Part shown: positions 29,373-38,021 of the stretch, one piece after another | Layout of the letters: each line of letters starts with the position of its first letter | How positions within the stretch are numbered: the first letter of the stretch is position 1 | Source: Gemmatimonadota bacterium | GTDB taxonomy: Bacteria > JBHIER01 > G020348925 | NCBI GenBank assembly: GCA_020348925.1 | Contig: CP070758.1 | Span: 4,045,688 to 4,109,687 of the forward strand | Direction of reading: 5' to 3' | DNA: 64,000 nucleotides | The notes under the pieces: generated by a model | Databases searched by the model: none | Seen by the model: the letters and a program-made list of their open reading frames with translations, nothing else | Told to the model about the DNA's origin: nothing | Position numbers and translations under genes: made by a program

Positions 29373-31625
29373 ATGAGAACAAATGGTGCACTCATAGTAT
29401 TTTGCTTATTTCTCTATGGTTTAACTTCAACGACGTTACTGTCACATCACGATATTCTGGGGCCGGGGAGAACACCTCATGATCTCGATGCCAAAAGGAT
29501 CAGTGGAAAGGGAAGGAAGGGGTTGGCCGCAGCATATTCCTCGGGAGCTGGATCAGCTGGAGTCTGGGGATCTCCGGACATGAGAGACACAGTCACCTGG
29601 CGTTCAATTGAGGAGCCGGACGTCAATTTCGGTTTTCACAATCCAGGTGATTCCCTCTTGGTCTGGTTAAAGCCCGCTGCAGCCTGCAGTCTCATCGCCA
29701 TTCGATTCTACGTGATGAATTGGGAGGGAGGTACACTTTTTGACGTGTGGGATGCTAGCAGATATGATCCTAAGGTTTCGTCTCACGACAGCGTCGATGC
29801 AAACGGTTGGATCGGAACGTTCGAGCCGATCACAAATCCAGCAGGTTGGATCTCTGGGCTGTGGGATAACTCACCCTTAGGCTGGAGTGCCAAAGACCCT
29901 GAACACCATTACTGGGGACCGTTTCCTTTCACCATAACCAGGGCTCATACGCAGGCGTGGACCGAGATTCCCACCGCCTATGGGCTCCAGGGGGAAGTGG
30001 ATCTGGGCAGAGACCCTTTTTACGTCAGCACCGTTTTTTATCAAAAAGCAGGGTGGGGATTTGGCACCGAATATCCCTGGAGAACGCCCTACACCTTTTT
30101 CAAATTCTATACAGCCGGCACTGGCCCAGACGGAATACATGACGGCTGGTTTATCCGCTCGTACTTCATGTGGTTTGAAGCGATTGTTACATATTATGAG
30201 AATACTCCTCCCACGTTCCGTGATCTGAAGATCCAGAACTATACCTACGGTCCAGGTCCTTTCCCTATTACGGTCACCATTACTGACAGAGACGCAGAAG
30301 ATGAGACCAGAGCCGGTGTTGCCACTGCCGAGCTTGTCTATGATATCAACGGAATCATTGACAGAACAACCATGGAAGGACCTGCGGTAGGAGGTCTCTT
30401 CAATGCACATATACCTGAACTGGCCACACAGGATGTCGTCACCTATTGGGTTGAAGCCACTGATTTCCACAACGCCTCGTCCCAATCGAGAACCGTCACC
30501 TTTGCCAGACTCGAGCCGGAACATCCGGCTACGGATCTCCTCATCGTTTGGGATGATGTACGGTATGAGAAATTGGATACATTCTTCGTCGATTTGTTTG
30601 CCAGTTTAGAACCCCGGTTGCAGTTTGAAGTATGGAACGTCCAGAAGCGAAACGGTATCGATGCCAGTGTGATCAATTGGGGTTGGAATACTATCTACAT
30701 CTCTGGCTGGGAATGCAGACACACACTCCCAGGTCGAGATTATTCCGGGAATCTCTTTGCCGAATGGCTCGAAGCTGGCACCAAAGAGGAGCCACGCAAT
30801 CTCCTCTACATAGACCAGGATTACTTTTGTGCTCACGAAGAATACGGTTGCGACTGGGATGAGACCAAAGAAGAATTGGCACCTGGTGATTTCATGTACG
30901 ATTATTTTGGGGTCATTGGAGCCGTCAGCGACAATCACGGATCCGACGAAGAAGATTACGATAGTGTGGCCATCGGTCTAGGAGATTTTGAAGATATTCG
31001 AATCAATTTTAAGCAGGACCTCTGGGACCCGGCTTGGTCGGAGAGGAACATATATCCCGATTGGATCGTGGACGTGACAGACGACGCAGAATATATATTC
31101 AAATATGCGGACCCTCCCGGCGGTTCGGGCTTTGGAGCTGGTGTACGCCTTGATCGAGAAAAGTACAGAACCGTCTATATCCCTTGGCAGGACTACTTCA
31201 CCGTGGATTCTTTGGAGAACGGTGATCTGGTGCCGAGGCCGGATCTTGTGGACATGTATGCCAGGATTCTGGAATGGTTTTGGCACTGGCCAACACCCGA
31301 AACTCTCAGTTGTGATGACGAATTTATGGGCACTGTAAAAGGTTTTCAGTTGGTCCAAAACTACCCCAATCCATTTAATTCGACGACAGATATTAGATAT
31401 CAGATAATAGATACAGGATTGCCAATCCCAACGACCCTAAAGATTTTCAACATCCTTGGTCAAGAAGTGCGGACGCTGGTAGATGAGGAGCAAACATCAG
31501 GGCAGTATACCGTGACGTGGGACAGGCGGGACATTAATGGGCTCAATGTATCCAGTGGCCTCTATCTCTATCGTTTGACATCCGGACATTTCGCAGATAC
31601 GAAGAGGATGATCCTTTTAAAATGA
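29373..31625 (+). CDS. Paralogue 6 (long form)
   Basis: Family domain, Ig, NLLYIDQDYFC domain, CTD. Confidence 0.85.
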   Translation: MRTNGALIVFCLFLYGLTSTTLLSHHDILGPGRTPHDLDAKRISGKGRKGLAAAYSSGAGSAGVWGSPDMRDTVTWRSIEEPDVNFGFHNPGDSLLVWLKPAAACSLIAIRFYVMNWEGGTLFDVWDASRYDPKVSSHDSVDANGWIGTFEPITNPAGWISGLWDNSPLGWSAKDPEHHYWGPFPFTITRAHTQAWTEIPTAYGLQGEVDLGRDPFYVSTVFYQKAGWGFGTEYPWRTPYTFFKFYTAGTGPDGIHDGWFIRSYFMWFEAIVTYYENTPPTFRDLKIQNYTYGPGPFPITVTITDRDAEDETRAGVATAELVYDINGIIDRTTMEGPAVGGLFNAHIPELATQDVVTYWVEATDFHNASSQSRTVTFARLEPEHPATDLLIVWDDVRYEKLDTFFVDLFASLEPRLQFEVWNVQKRNGIDASVINWGWNTIYISGWECRHTLPGRDYSGNLFAEWLEAGTKEEPRNLLYIDQDYFCAHEEYGCDWDETKEELAPGDFMYDYFGVIGAVSDNHGSDEEDYDSVAIGLGDFEDIRINFKQDLWDPAWSERNIYPDWIVDVTDDAEYIFKYADPPGGSGFGAGVRLDREKYRTVYIPWQDYFTVDSLENGDLVPRPDLVDMYARILEWFWHWPTPETLSCDDEFMGTVKGFQLVQNYPNPFNSTTDIRYQIIDTGLPIPTTLKIFNILGQEVRTLVDEEQTSGQYTVTWDRRDINGLNVSSGLYLYRLTSGHFADTKRMILLK

Positions 31626-31663
31626 CTATATGTAGGAAGATTGATTTTCAAAGGAAGGATGCG

Positions 31664-33901
31664 ATGAGAAAAGCGGTCATAGTCGTCTTGATATGTTTGG
31701 TGTCATACGTGCTAACTACCGTTGCTTTCGCCCCGGAGTATGACATTCTGAGGCCGGGTGGGACACACAAAGACCCCGATGTGAAATCAATCGGGTCGGT
31801 CAAACAAAAAATAATGGCTACAGAGGGAATTTTTCGAAATGACCCTGATAGACCTGTTGGATCGCACGGCATTGTCGACACCATAACCTGGCGCTCAAAG
31901 AGACAACCCGATATCAACTTCGGTTTTCTCGATCCCGGTGATTCCCTGCTGGTCTGGTTCGAACCGCAGGCAGCCTGCAGTTTGGTTGCTGTTCGATTCT
32001 ATATCGTAAATTATCATGGAAAAATACTCATCGATGTATATGATGGGAGCAAGTACAATCCGAAGATCTACTCGCTGGACAGCGTTGATGCCAACGGATG
32101 GATCGGAACATTTGATCCGATTACAGATCCTGGAAACTGGGTTCCAGGACTCTGGGACCACTCCCCCCTGGGATGGAATCCCTTGGATTCGGAACACTAC
32201 TTTGGGCGTTTTTTCACATTCAATAATATTGGACCTTACGATAATTCATGGGTTGAGCTTCCCGTGAGCTCAGTGTACATAGGAAACGTGGACTTGGGTC
32301 GTAAACCATTTTTCATCACTTCCCCTTTCTACCATGTCTCAGGATGGGGATTCGGTGCCGAATATCCCTGGACGACCCCCTACAACTTCTTCAAGTTCTA
32401 TTCGGCCGGCACCGGCCCGGATGGAGTCCATGACGGCTGGTTCATCCGCTCTTATTTCATATGGTTTGAAGCCGTGGTCAATTATTACGAAAATACACCT
32501 CCCAGCATCAAGAGTATGAAGGTTCAGAACGATACATACGATCCGGGTCCCTTTTCAATCACTGCAACTATTACTGACAACGATGCTGAGGACGCGACGA
32601 GGGCCGGCGTGGCTTCAGCAATGCTTGTGTACGATATCAACGGTACGGTGGATAAATTCAGCATGGAAGGTTCTCCGGAAGGAGGCCTCTTCAGGGCGGA
32701 GATCCCTGAACTGGCAACAGGAGATGTTGTCACCTATTGGATCGAAGCGACCGATCTGGTCGGCGATGCGGCCCAGTCCAGTAAGGTCACTTTTACCAGA
32801 ACAGAGCCCGAACATCCCGAGGCGGATGTACTCATTATCTGGGACGATTGGAAGCGTCCTGATCTGGACACTTTCTGCGTTGACCTTTTCGATTTCATAA
32901 AAAATGAAAACGGGGAGATGTATGAGTTTGAAGTGTGGAATAACCGGAAACATCAGGGTATTGATGCGAGTGTCATCAATTGGGGGTGGAGAACCATCAT
33001 CGTTTCCGGATGGAATTGTAAACATACATTGCCTGGGCGGGATTATGCTGGTAACCCTTTCGTTGAATGGCTCGAAGCGGGTACAATTAATAATCCACAC
33101 AACCTGCTTTACATCGACCAGGACTACTTCTGCGCCCATCCGGAGTATGGCTGCGATTGGCAAGGAGCGTTGGCCCAAGGTGATTTTTTACACGACTACT
33201 TCGGGGTGATCGGGGCGGTGAGTGATAACTGCGGGTCAGACCGAGCCGGCTACGACAGCGTGGCCATCGGTGAAGGCGACTTTGCAGGCATCCAGATAAA
33301 CTTTCTTCCAAACGCATGGGATCCAACGTATCCTAAGTTAAATTTGTGGCCAGATAGACTCGTCGAGCTGACAGAGGATGCCGAGCAGATTTTTCACTAC
33401 AAAGATCACCCGGAATACGGAGCCGGGGTTCGTCTGGACAGAGGTCATTCGAAGACGGTCTATCTCCCCTGGCAGGACTTCTTCATCGTGGATTCGTTGG
33501 AGAACGGCGACCTGGTGCCAAGGCCGGATCTTGTGGAGATGTACGAGAGAATTCTTAAGTGGTTTGGAACATCAGTTTCCACGAGCACGGAAACAGAACT
33601 AAGTACCATGCCGATGCATTTTAACTTGAGTCAAAACTATCCCAATCCCTTCAATGCGACGACAGAAATCAGATATCAGATACCAGATAGTAGATCACCC
33701 ATCCATACTACCCTCCATATCTATGATATTTTGGGACGGAGAGTGAACGTTTTGATGGACGATGTGATGGAATCAGGACAGTACATTGTCTCTTGGGACG
33801 GAAAAAATGGGTTTGGAAAGGACGTAGCAAGTGGCATATATTTCTATCAACTTAAAGCTGGTAAATTTATCGCGACAAAACGAATGATTCTCCTCGAATA
33901 A
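31664..33901 (+). CDS. Paralogue 7 (long form)
   Basis: MRKAV signal peptide, family domain, Ig, NLLYIDQDYFC domain, CTD. Confidence 0.85.
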   Translation: MRKAVIVVLICLVSYVLTTVAFAPEYDILRPGGTHKDPDVKSIGSVKQKIMATEGIFRNDPDRPVGSHGIVDTITWRSKRQPDINFGFLDPGDSLLVWFEPQAACSLVAVRFYIVNYHGKILIDVYDGSKYNPKIYSLDSVDANGWIGTFDPITDPGNWVPGLWDHSPLGWNPLDSEHYFGRFFTFNNIGPYDNSWVELPVSSVYIGNVDLGRKPFFITSPFYHVSGWGFGAEYPWTTPYNFFKFYSAGTGPDGVHDGWFIRSYFIWFEAVVNYYENTPPSIKSMKVQNDTYDPGPFSITATITDNDAEDATRAGVASAMLVYDINGTVDKFSMEGSPEGGLFRAEIPELATGDVVTYWIEATDLVGDAAQSSKVTFTRTEPEHPEADVLIIWDDWKRPDLDTFCVDLFDFIKNENGEMYEFEVWNNRKHQGIDASVINWGWRTIIVSGWNCKHTLPGRDYAGNPFVEWLEAGTINNPHNLLYIDQDYFCAHPEYGCDWQGALAQGDFLHDYFGVIGAVSDNCGSDRAGYDSVAIGEGDFAGIQINFLPNAWDPTYPKLNLWPDRLVELTEDAEQIFHYKDHPEYGAGVRLDRGHSKTVYLPWQDFFIVDSLENGDLVPRPDLVEMYERILKWFGTSVSTSTETELSTMPMHFNLSQNYPNPFNATTEIRYQIPDSRSPIHTTLHIYDILGRRVNVLMDDVMESGQYIVSWDGKNGFGKDVASGIYFYQLKAGKFIATKRMILLE

Positions 33902-33994
33902 CAATTTGAGTGAACGAAATGTAAAAAATCTATGATTTCAAGGAAAGAATATTGTGGACAAGCCTAAAAAAAAGATTCAAAAGCAAACCAAAGG

Positions 33995-34710
33995 ATGGCT
34001 CTTGTATCTGTTAGCCCCACTACCCTGCCTCCCTGTTGTGATTTGTGCAACTGTTTCCAGTTTAGGGTTCTCAATGTCCGTGAAGGGACCTGTCTCTCAG
34101 TACCCGGATATCCGTCTTTCTGCGGATGGCTTACTATTTTCAGCAATGATCCAGACGAAGCGGACTCTTTGGAATGGGGCGTTGTATGGATTAATCACGC
34201 ATCTGATCAAACATTGACAATATATAACGACGGAGAGGGTATTTTACAAGTGAAAAAATATCTTCGAGTAATCACGAATTTACTGCTTCAGCTGAATCTC
34301 TCATTGTGGAGGGATCAGACTCGACAGATGTAATCATTAATTTTGTACCAGGATTTTTCTCAGATACCCCCCCTTTCCCATCAGATAGCGGATGGCTTAC
34401 TATTTTCAGCAATGATCCAGACGAAGAGGTGTTGCATGTGCATCTGCATGGTAGCAGATTTTATTGGGGTTTAAGAGGCGACGTCAACGGTGATGGTAAC
34501 ATAAACATACTGGATGCCTTGGTAGTAATCAATCATATCCTTGGCACTAACTTTATCACGGATAGTGCTGCTCAATGAAGGGCGGACTGTAATGCCGATG
34601 GGTCCATCGACGTTCTGGATGTTCTGGGTATCGTCAATGAGATTTTGGGCATTAGCCAGTGCGTGTGGCCAACGTGTAAGATAGGCTCGAGATCACTTTC
34701 AGGCAATTGA
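33995..34710 (+). pseudogene. Disrupted ASH + dockerin gene
   Basis: ASH-like QTLTIYNDGEGILQV; frameshift in the A-run near 34255; GDVNGDGNINILD, in-frame TGA 34576-34578, then RADCNADGSIDVLDV. Confidence 0.75.
34122..34426 (+). repeat. Exact 39-bp direct repeat (34122-34160 and 34388-34426)
   Basis: GCGGATGGCTTACTATTTTCAGCAATGATCCAGACGAAG occurs twice. Confidence 0.9.
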
Positions 34711-34791
34711 ATCCAGATAAGATGTATTAAATTAAATAGATAGAAAACATACAATCAAGAAGCATAAAGAGTGAAATTCTTCACTTTTTCG

Positions 34792-34820
34792 TTGACACGT
34801 TCACCCTTTTTGATTATAAT
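34792..34820 (+). promoter_or_regulatory. Sigma70 promoter of tRNA-Leu
   Basis: TTGACA-N17-TATAAT, exact consensus. Confidence 0.85.
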
Positions 34821-34832
34821 TGAATATAACCT

Positions 34833-34916
34833 GCCGGAGTGGTGAAATTGGTAGACGCAGGGGACTCAAAATCCCCCGGGGTTCGCTCCATGTCGGTTCG
34901 AGTCCGACCTCCGGCA
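34833..34916 (+). tRNA. tRNA-Leu(CAA), CCA not encoded
   Basis: GCCGGAG...GGGGA-CTCAAAA-TCCCC, long variable arm, GGTTCGAGTCC, CTCCGGCA. Confidence 0.95.
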
Positions 34917-34999
34917 TTTTTTCATCCTCCGAGACAGCTCCCCCACCCCCCAAATATTCATGAAACACACGGAAGCCGAAACTGTATTTCAGAGTCGTT

Positions 35000-35557
35000 C
35001 TACCGGATCAGTTTCGAAACCTCTTGAAACTCCTGGGTGCCCGCCCTCTCAAGCAGCTCGAAGAGGGCGGCTTCAAGTGTGGAAACAACAATCCCTGCTG
35101 ACTGCATTCGCTGGAGAGCGGTTTCGAGATCGATTTCCTTGCGGGACGAAACACAATCCCTCAACACATGTACCTGGAATCCTTGAGCACGTAAATCCAG
35201 TGCCGTCTGTTGAACGCAGACGTGGGCTTCAATGCCGACAATGATGATCTGTTCAATATCACCTGCCCGAAATTGATCCACGAGTCCCTCAATGCCGCAG
35301 CAACTGAAGGTCAGCTTTGCCAGTGGACTCACTCCTGCCAGCGCTTCTCGAATGGCCGGTACCGTGGGCCCCAGTCCCTGGGGATATTGTTCGGTAATAA
35401 AAACGGGCACGTCCATCATGTGACATGCCCGAATGAGCTTCAGTGTATTTTCAATCACGGTGTGGCGATGGAGCATCACCGCAGAGATTTTCTCCTGGAT
35501 ATCAATAAAGAGAAGCCCTGCCCGCTTCCGATTCAATATTTCAGGGTGGCGCTCCAC
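35000..35557 (-). CDS. Isochorismatase-family hydrolase
   Basis: IDIQEK, TEQYPQGLGPTV, K.TFSCC, GIEAHVCVQQTALD. Confidence 0.92.
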   Translation of the reverse strand: MERHPEILNRKRAGLLFIDIQEKISAVMLHRHTVIENTLKLIRACHMMDVPVFITEQYPQGLGPTVPAIREALAGVSPLAKLTFSCCGIEGLVDQFRAGDIEQIIIVGIEAHVCVQQTALDLRAQGFQVHVLRDCVSSRKEIDLETALQRMQSAGIVVSTLEAALFELLERAGTQEFQEVSKLIR

Positions 35558-35616
35558 TCGTCATTCCTGCAAAACCAGGCGCGTTCATCGCATACAGTTT
35601 CAGGTTGAAAGAAAGA

Positions 35617-36105
35617 TTATGAGCCCTGTCTTTCCTGACCCGTTTGGAGAGAGTTATGAACATGGACAATGAGCCATTTCTTGCCCCGCTTTTCCAGTAC
35701 AATTGTGGTCCGATAATCCATTTCGACCGTCTGAGTCCCGATCGTCCCGCGGACGTGATTGAGCGAGGAGACCCAGGCAGCTTTGCCACCTTTTGATATC
35801 TTGGTCACTTGATCCGCCGGGTGCGTCTGCAGCCCTTCTACAGAATCCATCTGTCTCTGAAACATTCCCTGAACAGCCTCCCATCCCACAAGGCGTTCCT
35901 CCACTCCTATTCCGAAAACGACAAGATCAACGTCCTGGGCAAAAAGCGCTGAGAGAGCGGTCATGTCCTCCTTCTGCTGGGCAATGTAATAGCGATCGAG
36001 AACGACCTTAATTTCCGAAATATGGGTCAGAGGATCGATAGTATTGGAACAATTCACCACCATTGCTCCAATCAGTAGAGCCACGAAACAAACAGAACGA
36101 ACCAT
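35617..36105 (-). CDS. SnoaL/NTF2-like exported protein, probable lipoprotein
   Basis: Leader ending VVNC; R.T.VLEKRG.KWLIVHVHNS. Confidence 0.8.
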   Translation of the reverse strand: MVRSVCFVALLIGAMVVNCSNTIDPLTHISEIKVVLDRYYIAQQKEDMTALSALFAQDVDLVVFGIGVEERLVGWEAVQGMFQRQMDSVEGLQTHPADQVTKISKGGKAAWVSSLNHVRGTIGTQTVEMDYRTTIVLEKRGKKWLIVHVHNSLQTGQERQGS

Positions 36106-36153
36106 ACGTCATCTCCTTTCTTGGGTTGGATTCCTTTTCATGTTTGAAGGGAT

Positions 36154-37338
36154 CTAACCACACACTTTTTTAAACACACGTAAAAAATTCCCTCCGAGGA
36201 TGCGCTGTATATCTTCCTCCGAATACTCGCGTTCGAGCAATTTCTTTGTTATGGCGGGCACTTTACTGCAATCCTCCAATCCTTTTGGTAAGCTGGTTGT
36301 CCCATCAAAATCAGAACCCAAAGCCACATACTCAGAACCAACAAGCTTGACTATGTAATCAATATGATCGACAGCCCGGTCAAGAGGCGGTCTGATCGAC
36401 TGAAACTCGTTGCCTAATAGAGTATTTTTTTCCTCAACATACCGATCACGGTTCCCCTTGTAGACCTCCCATAACGAATCGATTTCAGTCAGGTACTTTG
36501 TCTCAAGAATATCATACTTGCGGCCAAAGGTGCTGTCTAAAAAACTGGAACAGAAATTAATGCCGATCACACCTCCGTTCCGGGCTATCGCTCGGATCTG
36601 ATTATCCGTGAGATTTCGAAAATGAGGACACAGATTATAAACACAAGAATGGGAAGCAATTATGGGATCCTCGGTAGTCTCGATAATATCCCAGAAGGTG
36701 CTTTCGGCAACATGGGAGACATCGATAATCACCCCGATCTCATTCATTGTTTTGATTATTTTCCTTCCGAAATCGGTTAATCCGCCGTGCTGCGGAGCCG
36801 TATCCGCGGCAGCATCAGCCCAATCGAGACTCTTGTTCCAGGTTATGGTCATATATCGTACGCCGCGATCTCGAAACGTTTTCAGTTTTTCAATACTGTT
36901 CTCTATCGCATGGCCACCTTCAATAGCAAGGACTGCCGCAATCTTTCCCGATGCGATGATCGCTTCGGCCTGAGTCCCGGTCCTGGCCACGGCTATCGAT
37001 TCAGAATTGATTTCGAACTGATCGGACAGGACGTCTATCATTCTATGAATCTTCAAAGCAGAGCTTTCAGGCGGTACATGCTGGGGATGCACCCAGCAAC
37101 AAAAAGCCTGTAAATCAATGCCTCCTTCTTTCATGCGGGGAACGTCTATATGTCCCCCCTGCCCTCTCACCCCGAGGGGAACACCCTGAATGAGTCGCAG
37201 AACTGTGTCGCAGTGAAGATCACAGACGACAGCGCTCTTATGGAGAACTTGGTATTCAAAATTTTCTGAAATCGTTGCGACGCAAAAAAAGAGCTCAAAA
37301 ACAGGGATTAAAAACAGGAGTAAGAGACGCTGTAGCAT
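36154..37338 (-). CDS. Membrane dipeptidase (peptidase M19)
   Basis: DLHCD, IEGG, IDVSH, IASHS, LGSDFDG, ILGGN motifs. Confidence 0.95.
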   Translation of the reverse strand: MLQRLLLLFLIPVFELFFCVATISENFEYQVLHKSAVVCDLHCDTVLRLIQGVPLGVRGQGGHIDVPRMKEGGIDLQAFCCWVHPQHVPPESSALKIHRMIDVLSDQFEINSESIAVARTGTQAEAIIASGKIAAVLAIEGGHAIENSIEKLKTFRDRGVRYMTITWNKSLDWADAAADTAPQHGGLTDFGRKIIKTMNEIGVIIDVSHVAESTFWDIIETTEDPIIASHSCVYNLCPHFRNLTDNQIRAIARNGGVIGINFCSSFLDSTFGRKYDILETKYLTEIDSLWEVYKGNRDRYVEEKNTLLGNEFQSIRPPLDRAVDHIDYIVKLVGSEYVALGSDFDGTTSLPKGLEDCSKVPAITKKLLEREYSEEDIQRILGGNFLRVFKKVCG

Positions 37339-37367
37339 AGTTTTTTCTGTAAGCTTTTGAAAACAAA

Positions 37368-37403
37368 AAGGTTCCTAACCGAAATCCCAGGGTCGGGAAC
37401 CTT
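37368..37403 (-). terminator. Intrinsic terminator
   Basis: AAGGTTCC...GGAACCTT stem followed by TTTGTTTT on the minus strand. Confidence 0.6.
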
Positions 37404-37432
37404 CCATCTTTTCCTCTGAAAACCTCAAACGA

Positions 37433-37621
37433 TCAGATTTCCTCCTCACCTTTTCTGATGAGAGTCAAAGCGCCCCAGGCGATTGCCACCCAGACGATGG
37501 TCCCCAGGTAAAACTTACCGATCAGTGTTGGAACGCCACCGTAGTAGTATGCGATTCCGGCAGGAACAAAAGAGAGAATTAAAAGGATGAGATAACCCAA
37601 AATACGTTTTACGATTCCCAT
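37433..37621 (-). CDS. Small two-TM membrane protein
   Basis: AGGAG RBS, upstream TTGACA-N17-TATACT, two hydrophobic helices. Confidence 0.7.
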   Translation of the reverse strand: MGIVKRILGYLILLILSFVPAGIAYYYGGVPTLIGKFYLGTIVWVAIAWGALTLIRKGEEEI

Positions 37622-38021
37622 ATCTGCATAACTCCTCTACCGCAAAGTTGAACCAACTGTCTCCATATAATCGGCGGTCATCAAATAAGATATTCTAAGA
37701 CGTGCACAGTATACAACAAAAATGTGCCATTGTCAAAGGAAAAATGGACCTTTTTGTAAAATTTTTCTATACTCACTTTTTGTTTGACAACGGAAAGGGA
37801 ACATACTATATTCAATGGGACTTACTGCCACTAAGATGTTATGGTATTCCTGAGATCCATTGAAGTGGGGTTTTGTGGCTCCGACGCTTCACCTCAACTG
37901 GAAGGCACAAGTCTCGCGAAGTCGGGGCGTTGGAATTACAGGCCGTCATACATGAGTTTTTACATGTTAAATCATTAATAAACAAAATTTTGTAAAATTA
38001 ACGTTTTTGAAGAATTGAACG

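Noticed and set aside
17338-33901. Diversity-generating retroelement acting on the paralogues
   Set aside because: No reverse transcriptase in the window and no near-identical TR/VR pair with adenine-specific differences.
34576-34578. In-frame TGA as selenocysteine or recoded Trp
   Set aside because: It aligns to Trp in a gene that also has a frameshift, and TGA is a normal stop elsewhere in the window.
5030-34916. Cluster lies between tRNA-Ala and tRNA-Leu, suggesting an integrative island
   Set aside because: Both tRNAs face it with their 5' ends, and I found no integrase or duplicated tRNA 3' end.
37845-37870. TPP riboswitch suggested by CTGAGA
   Set aside because: The downstream ACCTGAT and GCGxAGGGA elements are absent.
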